A DNA stretch of 64,000 nt, taken from positions 108,996,001-109,060,000 of the forward strand of contig OZ024741.1 in the NCBI GenBank assembly GCA_964016885.1, in the 5' to 3' direction. A program made the position numbers and the translations under genes. The notes under the pieces were generated by a model that was not told the origin of the DNA, made no database searches, and saw nothing but the letters and a program-made list of their open reading frames with translations. Source of the DNA: Eledone cirrhosa. Taxonomy: Eukaryota. This document shows positions 1 through 13,319 of this stretch, piece after piece (position 1 is the first letter of the stretch; every line of letters begins with the position of its first letter).

Positions 1-286
1 ATAGAAACTCGGTAAGACATGAATGACAAGAAATATTTCATATAATCCGGTTTAAATAAAGGTTAGCTTGCCAAGTAAAATAGATTCTTTTATATAAAAA
101 AAAAAAATGCAGTAGTTGCGGATCTATATTGCGTTAGCTCAGTATAATTACAGAAAAAGTCTATAACACGCAATTTTAAACGGTTCGCTATAACTGAAAA
201 TATGTTGATGAGCTAGCCATCTTTTAGAATGAATGTACATATTTAAATACATATGTGTGTATGTGTAAGCATAAATGTGTGTAAGC

Positions 287-312
<26 letters not shown>

Positions 313-319
<7 letters not shown>

Positions 320-497
320 TAACAGATTAAAGTTTAAGCAAATAATCGCTGCTTTCACCCTTAACGGGATCTTCTGAAACTTTATTAATCTGTTATTTTA
401 ATAAATATTTGCTGTACGGTTTTTATACATATTTATATATGTATATTATCCTCATCGAGCCCTCTTCGGATTTTAGTGTTCACATTTATTATTATTG
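313..497. mobile_element. PLE-like remnant, family C, inverted (tail-out) structure between (TA)n runs
   Basis: Homologous to 2845-2947, 20141-20482 and 31066-31228; a minus-strand HHR-like piece is joined to a plus-strand 3' tail. Confidence 0.7.
329..383 (-). ncRNA. Hammerhead-like motif with non-canonical CAGAAGA core (family C)
   Basis: Minus strand: AAAGTTT-CAGAAGA-T CCC gttaa GGG T-GAA-AGCA gcgattatt TGCT-T-AAACTTT; all three stems can form. Confidence 0.55.
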
Positions 498-591
<94 letters not shown>

Positions 592-967
592 CTGTCTCTG
601 TGTGTGTGTGCACGCGTGCGTGTATGCATATATGTATATAAATATGTAAAGTGCGCATATACTTATATATATATATATGTGTGTGTGTGTGTCTGTGTGT
701 GTGTGTTTGTATTTCTGTGCGAATATGTATATATGTGTATAAGTATGTTAGAGTACATGTTAACGTTGTTTTGTATGGATATATTATTCCGTATACGTAT
801 ACATTTTTCTCCTATTGCGATAATTATATTTATCAAACAACATACACAAACACACATAATGCAGTTGTAGGGACAAAACCACACACTCACAGCATTGTTT
901 GTGTGTTCGTGCGATTGCGTATGTATGTGCATGTGTGTGAATTTGTTCGTGTATGTCTGTGTGTGTG

Positions 968-1036
<69 letters not shown>

Positions 1037-2502
1037 ATTACATTGTCCTAATAGAATCTCAACAAGTGTTGATATCAATATCGAAACTAGTGTTGAAATT
1101 ATTATTTAAAGATGTTTAGGTGTTTAATATTGTCACACGTGAATAATCTAATGACCTTAGAAAGGGACAGCAACAACAACTAAAATATCTACAACAAAAG
1201 CAACTATAACTACAACAACAATCACAACAACATCAACAACAAAAACAAAAACAACTACTACAGCAAGACGATTTGAGTGGTTTAATGAGAAACAAGTTGG
1301 AAGTTAATCACCCTTATTGCTGATACTAATATGTGATCATCAGCTGTTCTTCCTGTCATCGTAAAACTGATAAGATTCTCTGTGTTGGGAAGTAATCGTT
1401 CCACTGCTATAATTTAACACTCAATTTTAACGCTCTTTTACAGAACTACAAGACCGTAATTCTATTAAAAATTATTGACGTCCCACTTTGCCATCGTTTT
1501 ATTTGAATGCTTTTAAAACTTGATTGATTTAGCCGAAGGCAAACGGCCTGCCTAATATTATGTCATTTTGTTTTTGTTGTTGTTGTTTTTTGTTTGTTGT
1601 TGTTTTTTGTTTTGTTTTTATTTTGTTCACTGGCTGGTTTCTTGTATTTGTTTCGGTTGGTTCTTAAATATGTGTACAATACCAAGCCAAATGATCTCGT
1701 AATGACGCGTGTTAGCATGGATACGTCTCAGATTGTGAGAAGGCCTCATCGACTCAATTTCCAGCTGATTTATTCTGTTATTATATATACATAAAGTACA
1801 TAGGGCATTGGAGAGATATGTGGCAAGACTGCTTTCAGACTCCAACGGATGGTGAAGTAGCTCACAAGATCAAAGAAGAAATTTTAGAGGTTTACTCGTT
1901 AGATATGCATGGCCCCATATTGACTAGTCGTGCTAAAGACTGAGTACTGTGGATTCCCACAACTCACAGGCCCTGCATGTACAATACAATATATTAAGTA
2001 ATAGTTTCAATTAATTCAAATCATGAGGATAATTATATTAATATTTGTTTTAGAATTTTTACGGTTTTAATCTTCTTAAGAATAGCAGTATCTCTCTCTG
2101 TTGATGTCTGGAATTATATTGCACACATAAAATTAAGTATAAAATATTAGCCATTTAAATAGGCTGTCCAGAAATTAATATAGGTTTAAGATTTTATTTG
2201 TTTTAACATATAAATTACACACAAGTTCTGTAAAATTAAGTATTAATTTAAAGCTTATTTTAAAGTCTTTCTTTCTGTGTAATCCATTTTTAACTCCCGT
2301 TATGGTGAATTTAGAAAAGGAATTTAGAAAAGGAATTACCCAAATATGCTTCTACCACAGACGATGAGGAACTGAAATATTCGGTGGAATCAAATCCTCA
2401 CACTATTTGAGTCGTTGTAGGAGAGCTTCATGCAAGAATTCCAGCAATTTCTGAAAATTTGAACCGTGCTGGAATATCGAAGAAACTCGAAAATGCATGC
2501 GA

Positions 2503-2572
<70 letters not shown>

Positions 2573-2697
2573 GAGTGAGGTTTTTTTACAAAATGAAAAA
2601 AAAATGAGGGTGTCCTACACGAGTGAAAGTATAAGAAAAAAAGTTAAAATCGAAAATGCAACTGGAGGCTTTTTAAAAATAATATATTTATTTTGTT

Positions 2698-2736
2698 CCT
2701 TTACCGGTTTCGCAGTTCTTGTGCTTTTCAAAAGTA
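2698..2736 (-). ncRNA. Degenerate minimal hammerhead in a (TA)n-flanked remnant (about 2568-2770)
   Basis: Minus strand: ctt-TTGAAAA-GCA caagaac TGC-GAAACCGGTA-aag; palindromic stem III, core mutated from CTGAAGA. Confidence 0.4.
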
Positions 2737-2769
2737 GAATTGAGATGGAGGGTTTGTGGTTTTTCTCAC

Positions 2770-2844
<75 letters not shown>

Positions 2845-2847
<3 letters not shown>

Positions 2848-2947
2848 TTATTAAAATAAGAGATTAAAGTTTAAGAGAAGAATCGCTGCTATATTTATCC
2901 TTATCGAGCCCTCTTTGGATTTTAGTGTTCAAATTTATTATTATTTC
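2845..2947. mobile_element. PLE-like remnant, family C, tail-out with internal deletion
   Basis: Minus piece 2845-2890 plus plus-strand tail 2891-2947, both matching 31066-31228; (TA)n on both sides. Confidence 0.65.
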
Positions 2948-3769
2948 TATATATATATATACATATACACACATATACATGTGGTTTTTCTCACACGCAC
3001 ATATATATATATATGTATATATATCATTATCTATAAAAGGCAGATTATTGTTGTTGTGTGTGTGTGTGTGTATGTGTGTATGTTCCATGTTTATACATTT
3101 GCACAATTTCAAACCGATTCGATTCAAAGTGTGTAAGAATCTTGTAAATAGCCTAACTTAGGTCAGCGACTATTTATTTCATTCACACTGACCTACAATT
3201 ACGGTAATAATCTATAAAACTAAATACATGACGCTTTACTCCTCTAATAGAATCTGATTACCTCTCTCTATTCCCCTTAAACCTTAAGAGAGAGAGAGGG
3301 AGAGGGAGAGAGAGAACGGTCAAATATTTATTTACTTCAATGACAAAGAGAACTTATTACATTTCATACGAAACAACAATTATTCAAAAGCAACAGATAA
3401 ATTTATTCAACAACAAAAAAAATAGCAATAAATCTTTTTTAAAACATCTATCAACGAACGTGGTATACACAATAATATACACAATAATATCCTCTATGAG
3501 ACAACTAAACCTGCTAGAAACAGCAGCTAACTCTCCCCCATATCACGCCACTCCCTACTGTCATTAATTTAGAAAACATATACATCCTTAAAATTTGCTG
3601 TATAGAATTCACTTTCAACGCTTGACCGGCTTCACCCACTCCCTCATTGTTCTACAGGCAAGTTCAGCCACCCCATCTCCCACCCACCGCCATGAAAAAT
3701 TTAATTGTGTTTACAAAAAAATCTTGACTAATCCTGTTGACAACTAGAATCTTCCCATATAAGGAATTG

Positions 3770-3956
3770 CCCCTAGAAATGTTCGGCTATTTATTACCAC
3801 GCTAAAAATTCTAATTTAGTTCAGAAATAGCCGTCGAAACGGCTTGAGCTCTGCCGTCGGTGTTAAACATTTTCCTATTACCCACTCTACTAATCTAAGT
3901 ATTGAGTACTCTGGTGCGTTGTGGTCCATCTGGTTCCTTACCACAACTCGTTCGTT
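3770..3956 (+). mobile_element. PLE-like 3' end, family E, with degenerate hammerhead and ~95-nt tail ending in (TA)n
   Basis: cggctattt...aaatagccg stem II, then GAAACGGC-loop-GCCGTC (stem III, GUC); matches 28459-28650, 19110-19160 and 17583-17635. Confidence 0.55.
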
Positions 3957-4033
3957 ATATATATATATCTATATATGTATGAATGTATGTATGTATATAT
4001 ATATACAGATATATATGTGTAAATAAATAAATG

Positions 4034-4085
<52 letters not shown>

Positions 4086-5456
4086 TGCATGTATTTTTGT
4101 ATGTATAGAGAATGAGATATATTTAGTTCTCTTATTTTACGATAATTTATTTGATTTGTTGTAGATGAAGGGTATGATTTTCTGATTTCATATTGGTGGT
4201 ATTGCTCGTGTTGATGGTGGGGTGACGTTATGATGTGGTTTGAGAGGGGGTTGCATGAAGTGGTGGCGTTTGTTCTGTTTTTGAAGATGATGGTGCTGCT
4301 GCTGATTTTATTCATACACATATTTGCACCAATTGCATCTGCTCCATTTTAAACTTCCATATCTATTCATATGTGTTGTTCATCTCTAGTCAACCGAAAA
4401 CATTGATACCGTACCGATTGACAGTAGAAATCGATGTTTTCTTTCCGTTGTCCAATTTAGCGATCTCTTCTGAAAGTTGAAATATACATTCCGCCTCCTA
4501 TACAATCCCAACATTTACACCATTCTCGCGTCTATCAATGCAACAAACATATGAATTATAATACTATAACAACCTCCTCTTCAAACATCAATACGAAAAC
4601 AACGATAACAACTTTCCTATGTTTATTTTGTTGAATGTCATGCTTGGGTGCATTTTATGTTCTTTGATGTAGCTGGTAAGGACGGAAATGTTGAGGTTGA
4701 TTGGTGATGTTTTAGTTAATATATTTGGAGTCATGTTTTCGTGAGGTTGTGCAGCAGTGCATATGTGGCTGAAGTAATGTAAAAGTTGGCAGCGTGGTGG
4801 TGTATTCTATATATGAGACAGTATTTATATTTTGTTCAAGCGTGTGCTTTTCGTGAGGATTACAAGTCATAATGAATAGAAGGAGATATATATTCTGTTG
4901 GCACATCTATCTATTTGTCTATTGATAAAGTTTGAGGTTTCGAATCACTGATGTGTTATGAAGTTCTTACAAAATATAGAAAACACGGATGCAGAAAATA
5001 TCTGGAGACGCATTTGGTTGCTAAATAAAAGACCCAAGAAATTCGGTTAAAATATCACTATAGATAGAAATTGTGGCCAGCGTTAGATGGACAGTGCAGT
5101 ATATATCTCTAACAAGCTCCTCAAATTACTGGTTTCTCGAATTTAAACATAAATGCACATGAAGAGATATTAGACTTTGTAGGTAACGTAATACTTAGAA
5201 TACCACATTGCTTCTTAAACTCTAAAATTCTATATGTTATAGAGTGCAGTGGTTCTCAACTAAACTGGGATCGGGTAGAAAACACGACCACTGGATTTCA
5301 TGCATCCATTTGTTCCGCTTCTGCTATGGGAATGCTTACAAACCAAATCGAGAAAAGAAAAACGCTACGGCCATCACTAATAAACTTTCATCCACCAGTA
5401 TTATCACCATTTCGAAATACTTCCTTTATCTTACACCAAATCAAATACATTATTAA

Positions 5457-5637
5457 CGAATTGGCAGTATCGGTAGAAGGTCGGACGCCATGCTTTGACG
5501 CATAGAGTTACGGCCCTTGCCATTCTGAGTTCAAATCCCACCGAGGTTAACTTTGCCTTTCATCCTTACGGGGTCGATAAAATAAAGTACCAGTAATGTA
5601 CTGGGTAATTGCTGGCCTTGTGCCAGAAACAATTATT
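5457..5637 (+). mobile_element. tRNA-derived SINE with ATT tail (resembles octopus OR-type CORE-SINEs)
   Basis: A-box-like tggcagtatcgg, B-box gagttcaaatcc, body ttgcctttcatccttacggggtcgataaaataaagtaccagt; five or more copies in the window. Confidence 0.85.
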
Positions 5638-6534
5638 AACAAAATAACAAACGAAGCGAGTGCATTTCATTTTACGTTGCATCAGTTCACGTAACTGAAG
5701 AAAATGTGTACCAGCTGCAGTAGAGGAAATAAGATACTGTGTCACAACTGTGGATTTGTGGAATTCTTAATGTTAGGCAAGATGCCTTCTGGTATTTTTT
5801 CTGGTTGATTATGATCAGTGTTCAAATATCAATGTAGCTTACATGTCTGGTAGACAATCCATTGCATGTTTTTTTCATAACCATCTGGAATTTGGATGCC
5901 GTTATTGGAGTCCACTTTGTGGAAACCACTGAGGCCGTACGCCCGGTTTTAGAATATCTTCTGCTCTAAAGTAGCGGAGGCCCTGAACAGATCAGGAACA
6001 TTGAACTTTTTTCCAACAGGTTAAAACAAACAAGAATAGCAGCTACAACAAAAACAGCAGAATTATCAACAACATCAGTAGAATCCACAACATCAACAAT
6101 AGCATCAAATCAGTTCACGAATATAGCAATCACTCTATTCATAAAATGGAGCATCAAAGATGATACGCATGTGTCGTCAACAGGACTGGACTAAATCCAC
6201 ACACAGTAAACAATTTTCCACCACTGGCATAGAAGACTCACACTCAACCCACCCTTCTTACTCTTTACGGCTCTATCCCCTCTCTCTCATTCCATTTCTC
6301 TCTCCCTCTCGCTCTTTTTTACTATCTGTCAAGGACACTTGCACCAAACTGTCTCGGTTGTACAGAAGTGTTCTTTGATCTTCTGAAACTGGTGACAAAT
6401 AATTACACAATCATGATCACTCACAAATATATTTACACAGCAAGAGGTACAAACGAATGTAAATACAATTGCATATAGACATACCCGCATACACAGAAGT
6501 GTGCAAAAAAAAATATATATATATATATATATAT

Positions 6535-6843
6535 GAAGTAATTCCGTCGGAAAGGTCCAGGAAAAAAGAGTGCTCTATGTAGGTTACAGAGCTTATTAGT
6601 TATGTAATAAACAACATAAGATAATTATTTCATTTACCAGTGGTTTCTTGAAAGCAAACAAAATTTGCTTTCAGTCATCAGAATGAAAACATCCTGGTGT
6701 ATTTATTGACAGTGGATTTTAAAAACAAAAATATAATCTATATGAAAGTGAGGCTGGAAAAGGAAGAAGGAAAGGAAAAAGAATAAATATAAAAGTAGAT
6801 AAACACACATGCACACACACACAAACACACACAATTACATACA

Positions 6844-6899
<56 letters not shown>

Positions 6900-7053
6900 C
6901 ATACACACATATATACACATACATATATATATATATATCCATACATACACATACACATAAATACACAAACACACACACATATATATATATATACACAGAT
7001 AATCATACATATATACACACATACATACACACATATATATACGCATACATACG

Positions 7054-7130
<77 letters not shown>
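6535..7130 (-). mobile_element. Distal part of the inverted pseudo-LTR of PLE family B, split by element A
   Basis: 6596-6765 is the reverse complement of about 19890-20058; continues at 16856-17650. Confidence 0.8.
6628..6688 (-). ncRNA. Type I hammerhead ribozyme (PLE family B)
   Basis: Reverse complement of the HHR at 19966-20026; core intact. Confidence 0.85.
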
Positions 7131-7133
<3 letters not shown>

Positions 7134-8242
7134 GATAAATCTACCAAGAGTTTACGGTAGTGTCCAATCCGTATGAAGAACTCAATGTATTCCGGATATC
7201 ATGGAAAGAAGAGATGTAATGAAAATCCAATTTCGGTGAAAGATAAACGGTATACAGAGTCAAGATAAAATATTAAACAAATAATGAACAAACAATTCCT
7301 TATATTAAACAAAAAAAGTTCACTATTTAACGATCGTTTCTAGGGTATATATGTGTTATAATTGGTATGCATATTTAACAGATCTATGTACAAAATTATA
7401 CAAAATTATACAAATTATCAAGATTAAATATACATACCCAACTCATATATACGCCGTCTTCAGAAATAATGAAGTATATTTATTGATAATAACAACAATT
7501 CAAAATATCAGTTCAAAATTGACCAATGAAAACACAAAGGGTTAAAAAGCAGTTTGGTGTGTGTATATACATGTAAAACCCCACACACATTTTACAATAA
7601 TGTGTGTATAATTTGTATGTGCATACTAAAAAGATGGATGCAAATAAAAAATTTCAAGGTTAATATCTCTGTAAGCTTAATGCGCTGATAAGATACGCAA
7701 TGATACTTATGGAGTCAAGCACATAAATATATTTTTTTCATACTCACACATATCAGCATAATCACACATACATGTGCGTATATATATAAATATACACATA
7801 ACCACGAACACACAAACACACACACTCTCCCACTCACATTTATATATGTGGATATAAAATCATAAGCAAATAGAAATTAAGTCACTCACATAAACACACT
7901 GGCACACACATTTCAAGATCAAGATACAGAAATTAGGTGGGAGGGGGGGGGGAGGGGTCAGTATTAGGTTGTCAGACCAGACAGCCTAATATAAATGTAT
8001 CTATAAATTATGAAAAATAAAAAAATAAAAACAATAAAATATAATACATATAATATAATGTACATACGCATACAGATATACATACACATACATACATGTA
8101 CGCGCACATAGAGATATCTACACATACATACATACACACATACCTATACTGTCATACACACACATACATTTACACGAACATACACATACACATATAAAAA
8201 GATATAAATACGGACACACACACGCGCAACACATACACACAT

Positions 8243-8291
<49 letters not shown>

Positions 8292-8652
8292 TATACACAC
8301 ACACATAGACTCATATATATATACATACACATACATACACTTATACACAAACATATATATCCCACACTCATACCACCATAAAAACACATACAAACATCCA
8401 GATGTATATATATATATATATATATATACATATATATATCAACATACACACACGTACACATATATGTATATATACATACATATATACACACATACACATA
8501 TATATATACACACACACATAAAATACAGACATGCACATATATATATATATATATATATATTTCATTACTCTTATATATACACATAGTATATATACATACA
8601 CAACCTCACTTATACACATATACACATAAGTTATATTACAATAATAATAAAG

Positions 8653-8689
<37 letters not shown>

Positions 8690-8831
8690 TATACACACAT
8701 ATACACATATACATACACATACATACATATACATACATACATACACATACATACATACACCTAAATATAAACATATATAAATACACACATACGAATAAAG
8801 ACATATATTCACACATAGACACCTATATACA

Positions 8832-8862
<31 letters not shown>

Positions 8863-8892
8863 CTATATACACACACATAGACATACATACAC

Positions 8893-8927
<35 letters not shown>

Positions 8928-8951
8928 CACATACAGACACACATACACACT

Positions 8952-8986
<35 letters not shown>

Positions 8987-10016
8987 ATGTGAGTGTGCGC
9001 AAACACACATATATACATACACACACACATAGAAACACACACAAACACATACATATGCATACGTGCACACACACACACATATATCACATAGATACGAAGA
9101 TAAACATATAAATAGAGAGACATACAAATATATACAGAACCCATATACACATACATACAAACACGCATATACATATATATACATATATACACACATATAT
9201 AATCCTATATACAAGCATACACATACACACACATATATACATATACATACACATATACATACCACACATTCACATACACGTACATATATAATACATATAT
9301 ATACATATATATACATACATATGTATGTACAATCATATATACACACTCAATCTTACATTCATATTTACATGCTCATATATGTATTTTTATATTTAGAAAT
9401 AAATACCAAAAAAACTATATAGACACCCATCTACACATATATTCATACATATACACTTACAAAAACAGAAGATAATAATATGGGGGAAAGGGGGGGGGTT
9501 GGAGAAGGGGATCAAAGTAAATATATGTTTCAAGAAACATATAATATTTTCCATATCTTAATTCAATGTATGTTCCCACATATTTACAGTGCTAGGAAAT
9601 ACGAAATCTATGCATCACAAAATAAAAAAGTATACCATTAATCATATGTCAACTAAACCAAAGATAGTCAACATATTGATTTCCAAGGTGTAAATTAGTT
9701 AGGTTTATAATATTTGAAGCAGAATTATGAAGTCAAACAGTAGTAGATTATTAATTACATTATAACTAAATTAAAGTTAATAACGTTATGGTATCAATAT
9801 TAGGAGATGAATTTAGTAATAGGGAAAAGAAACCCAAATAAAAATAAAATAAAGTATTACATCGGTAGTAGCATATAAATTATATGTTAACTAAGTTAAA
9901 AATTATATATTTATTTCAATAGTATATGTTAATTAGTATATGTTAATTAGGTATACAATACATAAAGCAGATATTGTATTTCATCAATAGCATAATATAA
10001 TTATATGCAAATAAAA
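7131..10016 (-). repeat. 3' pseudo-LTR of element A (~2.9 kb)
   Basis: Direct repeat of 13320-16212 (offset 6189 at the start), differing almost only in run lengths. Confidence 0.95.
7319..7473 (-). ncRNA. Type I hammerhead with 116-nt stem II (element A, 3' pLTR)
   Basis: Same sequence as 16647-16801 in reverse complement. Confidence 0.8.
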
Positions 10017-10722
10017 ATCAAAATTAATACGCACACATATACATATACATACACATACACATACATATACATATACATACACATATATATATATATATAT
10101 ACATATATATACACATACATACATATATAGTCACATAAATATACATACAGATACACATACAACACACACATATACATATACATATAGATATACATATCTT
10201 TTTCAAAAAATTTGCACAGAATATATTAACTAGGTATATATCCAAAAACACCTCCCATTCTATGATTACATGACATTCTGCAATTCGTCTGTACAAGGAT
10301 ACTAATTTTAAGCAAAATTAAAATTAAAATTAAAGTTTTAGGTTGATTAAAGCTAAAACCAAATAATAAATATATTTCCAAAATGTATATTAATTAGGTC
10401 AATAATACTAAAAATTCTATCTCCGTCATAGGATACATGATATTATTTTGTTATATTTTATCTGTAAAAGAATTATAATAAAAAAAAAAAAAAAAAAAAA
10501 TTATAATAAAAGGTTAAATTAAATTAAAAAATTATAATAAAAGGTTAAAATAAGTTAAAATTAATCTATAAATTAAATTACTGAATATATATTAGTAATA
10601 TTTAAAGGTTTTTCAAAATTAATGATTACATAATATTTTCTCATCTGTAATAAAATATTAATTAAAATTAAATTTATAGGTTAACTAACATTTAAATTAA
10701 ATTAAATTCTAGAATAATGTTA

Positions 10723-13164
10723 TTAATTAGGTTTATAATATTTAAATGTTTTTTTTAGTTTATGATTACACGATATAATTAATTCCTGTCTTTTATTTAA
10801 TAAGATATCCCTAGACTTCATTATTTCAAATAGTTCTTGGGAACATAATCTACATTCCTTTCTATTATTTTGATAAGGGGTGGCTCTTTTGAGCACACCC
10901 CAGGTCAAATCATATTTTATATTTTTATTTTTATAACTATTGATTTTTTCTGCTAGAGATGTTGTATTAGCCAGTGCGGCATTTTTAAAGCTATGTTTGT
11001 GGGTATTATACCTTGTCTTAAAATTGTTAGAGGTAGCTCCTATATATGAGCAAATAGAATCTTTAGTTTTAACATTACATTTATAGACTATGTTGTTAAC
11101 AAGACAATTCCCTTTTAATGGGCAGTTTGTTTTGTTTCTACAGTTACATCCTTTCGTTAATTCTGTATTTGAGGAGATATTATTGTAAATTTGATGTACT
11201 GGTGGTATACTTATAGTTTTCTTACATTTATATGCATTATATGCACTTATATTTTGTTTTATGTTATTTGTTGTAGAATATGAGAATTTAACTGTAGACC
11301 TATTTAAGATTTGATGGTATTTGTGGTTTGGCGGGAAGTTTTTCTCAAGGATATAAAAAAATTTTTTAGCAATATTATCCTTAACTTGTAAATTAAAAGG
11401 AGCATTATACCAAGTAACTCGTCTATTACGGTTTCTATGTTGTTTATTATTTTTATTATTTTTATATGTTGTATCATGATTTTTACTAGGAGGAATAATG
11501 TTAATGATCTCACCACAACTATTTTTAGTTATATTTGTAGATTTAGGTGTTTTATCTTTTTTATTAGGAGTTTTATTATTAATATTTATTATAGTCTTAT
11601 GATGAGTAGTTTTTTGAGGGTTACTATACTTTATATTAGAAGATTTAGTATTTTGGGGTATACTGTGGGTGGCATTTAGGTGTGTACTTTTCATTTGGTG
11701 TTTGTTGGTAATATTATGCTGTATGCTTTCAGTATTTTTAGTAGAAGGTATATACTCTAATCTATTTTTGTGGCCACTTCTATCTAGAGCTTCATTATAA
11801 AAGGTCGCATTTTTATCAAATACATCTTGGTTAGAAGAAAGGTTAGAAATTCTAAGTGATATATTATATGCAAGGTTTTTAAGGATAGATTTAGGGTGAT
11901 TAGATTGTGAGTGTATGTAATGTAAGTTTTGGTTAGGTTTATGGTAAGGTTGGTATATACCCGTAGCTAAATCTAAAGTTATATCTAGGAAATTTACTAC
12001 TTTACTTGTTTTTTCAAAAGTAATATTAAGATTATAATAGTCTTTAAGGAAAGTTCTAATATGCTTTTTGTTTTTTTCGATTTCTGAAAGGCTAAGGTTG
12101 TTAGAAAGAAGAAGACAGTCATCACGATATAAACCACCTTTGAGGTGGGGAAAAGAGGCATTTATGTTGAAAAGGAGAAAGAGGCCCACAAGATCAGTAA
12201 TTTGGGCAGAATCGCTTGAACCCATAGTAATATCAAAAAGATTACTATAAGTGTTTCTGGTCCAGTATTCATTCTGAAATTCAATAAGTGTTTGTCTAGC
12301 ATGTGTAATAATGTTAATGTCATCCGAAGTTAAATTAGATCTATTTTTAGCAAATATTAATGCTTTGTTCAGGAGTATGGGTGATATAGAAGAATAATAA
12401 TTATCTATATCAAACTGTAGGAAAGAAGCAGAAGATTTACACCTAATATTTTTAAACAAATTAATTACCTGGGAGGTGTTTTCCCAGAGTGGTAAAATAA
12501 CGTATTTTCTTATTTGTGGGATGACTCTATCTAAAATTTTTTTGCTAATTATTCCAATATCTGATTTGGAGGGACATATAAGTCTAATAGAAGGATTAGA
12601 GTTAAAGTTAGATTTGTGATCTTTCAGGTTGAAGTGTGGACTTCTCAATGCCAAAGGTTCAGTTCTATCTTCAATATTTAGTTTTTTTACTATGTTGTGT
12701 GTTTTGTTGTTGATGTTGGTGAGTGACGCATTATTAGATTTTTTATAATTTTTTCTGAGTTCTTTATATATGAACTCATTATAATGATCAATATCCATAT
12801 GATACAAGTTACCAGTTTTGTCCGAGTGGACATGGATTTTTTTAGACTTTTTTAGGTCCAATAGGGTAGAATCAAGGTCCTTTTGAAAGACGGATTTATA
12901 CTTTTTAAATTTGAGGTGTTTAATTAAATTAAAAAGGTCTTTCTCGAAGTCTTCAAGTAAAAAGTTGTGTGGTGGATTCTTGTAAGTGTTGAAATCATAC
13001 ATATATTTCCGATCTGCTTGTTTAGATTCTCTATCAAAGTGGTAGGCTCTCCATCTAACCCTTCTGATAAAATTATTAGTTTTCTGAATCATAAGGAGTA
13101 AGAAGTCGTCCTTAGAAGGTATTGGTATGTTTTTTAAGGAGGTTCCTAAATATTGTTTTTCCAT
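10723..13164 (-). CDS. Penelope-like (Naiad-type) reverse transcriptase + C-terminal GIY-YIG endonuclease, 813 aa from the first ATG
   Basis: N-terminal SLKNIPIPS...RVRWRA; RT motifs FDIDNYYSSI, MGSSDSAQITDLVG, YRDD, FLDITL; CNC-x5-CPL-x3-C, IVY...YIG, RY..H, CRLC..E, LNKRQE...CNH; no stops. Confidence 0.95.
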   Translation of the reverse strand: MEKQYLGTSLKNIPIPSKDDFLLLMIQKTNNFIRRVRWRAYHFDRESKQADRKYMYDFNTYKNPPHNFLLEDFEKDLFNLIKHLKFKKYKSVFQKDLDSTLLDLKKSKKIHVHSDKTGNLYHMDIDHYNEFIYKELRKNYKKSNNASLTNINNKTHNIVKKLNIEDRTEPLALRSPHFNLKDHKSNFNSNPSIRLICPSKSDIGIISKKILDRVIPQIRKYVILPLWENTSQVINLFKNIRCKSSASFLQFDIDNYYSSISPILLNKALIFAKNRSNLTSDDINIITHARQTLIEFQNEYWTRNTYSNLFDITMGSSDSAQITDLVGLFLLFNINASFPHLKGGLYRDDCLLLSNNLSLSEIEKNKKHIRTFLKDYYNLNITFEKTSKVVNFLDITLDLATGIYQPYHKPNQNLHYIHSQSNHPKSILKNLAYNISLRISNLSSNQDVFDKNATFYNEALDRSGHKNRLEYIPSTKNTESIQHNITNKHQMKSTHLNATHSIPQNTKSSNIKYSNPQKTTHHKTIININNKTPNKKDKTPKSTNITKNSCGEIINIIPPSKNHDTTYKNNKNNKQHRNRNRRVTWYNAPFNLQVKDNIAKKFFYILEKNFPPNHKYHQILNRSTVKFSYSTTNNIKQNISAYNAYKCKKTISIPPVHQIYNNISSNTELTKGCNCRNKTNCPLKGNCLVNNIVYKCNVKTKDSICSYIGATSNNFKTRYNTHKHSFKNAALANTTSLAEKINSYKNKNIKYDLTWGVLKRATPYQNNRKECRLCSQELFEIMKSRDILLNKRQELIISCNHKLKKTFKYYKPN

Positions 13165-13319
13165 TGTGATATGGATGATGGACAATTGAAAGAGCTCAAC
13201 TAAATGTATATGGGTTTACAAAATCATACATATATATATGTTTATACATAAATATAAAATTAATACACACATACAGTACAAAAATACGAATATTTCCGTG
13301 AAAATAGGAGCAAAATTAT

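Larger units (their letters stand above)
241..1035. repeat. Compound (TA)n/(TG)n microsatellite tract, representative of many such tracts between 1 and 32 kb
   Basis: Direct reading; the [12 protein letters not shown] ORFs in the track are translations of these repeats. Confidence 0.95.

Noticed and set aside
1594-1845. Overlapping short ORFs in non-repetitive DNA
   Set aside because: No motif or splice support.
5457-5545. A/B boxes suggesting a tRNA gene
   Set aside because: No cloverleaf; continues into a repeated SINE body.
5843-5983. Minus-strand segment bounded by ttcag| and |gtaagc, exon-like
   Set aside because: Stops in all three frames and no recognisable protein; at most a non-coding exon.
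7935-7960. G-runs in the pLTR (G-quadruplex potential; also near 9482)
   Set aside because: Antisense to the element, variable in length between copies, no functional evidence.
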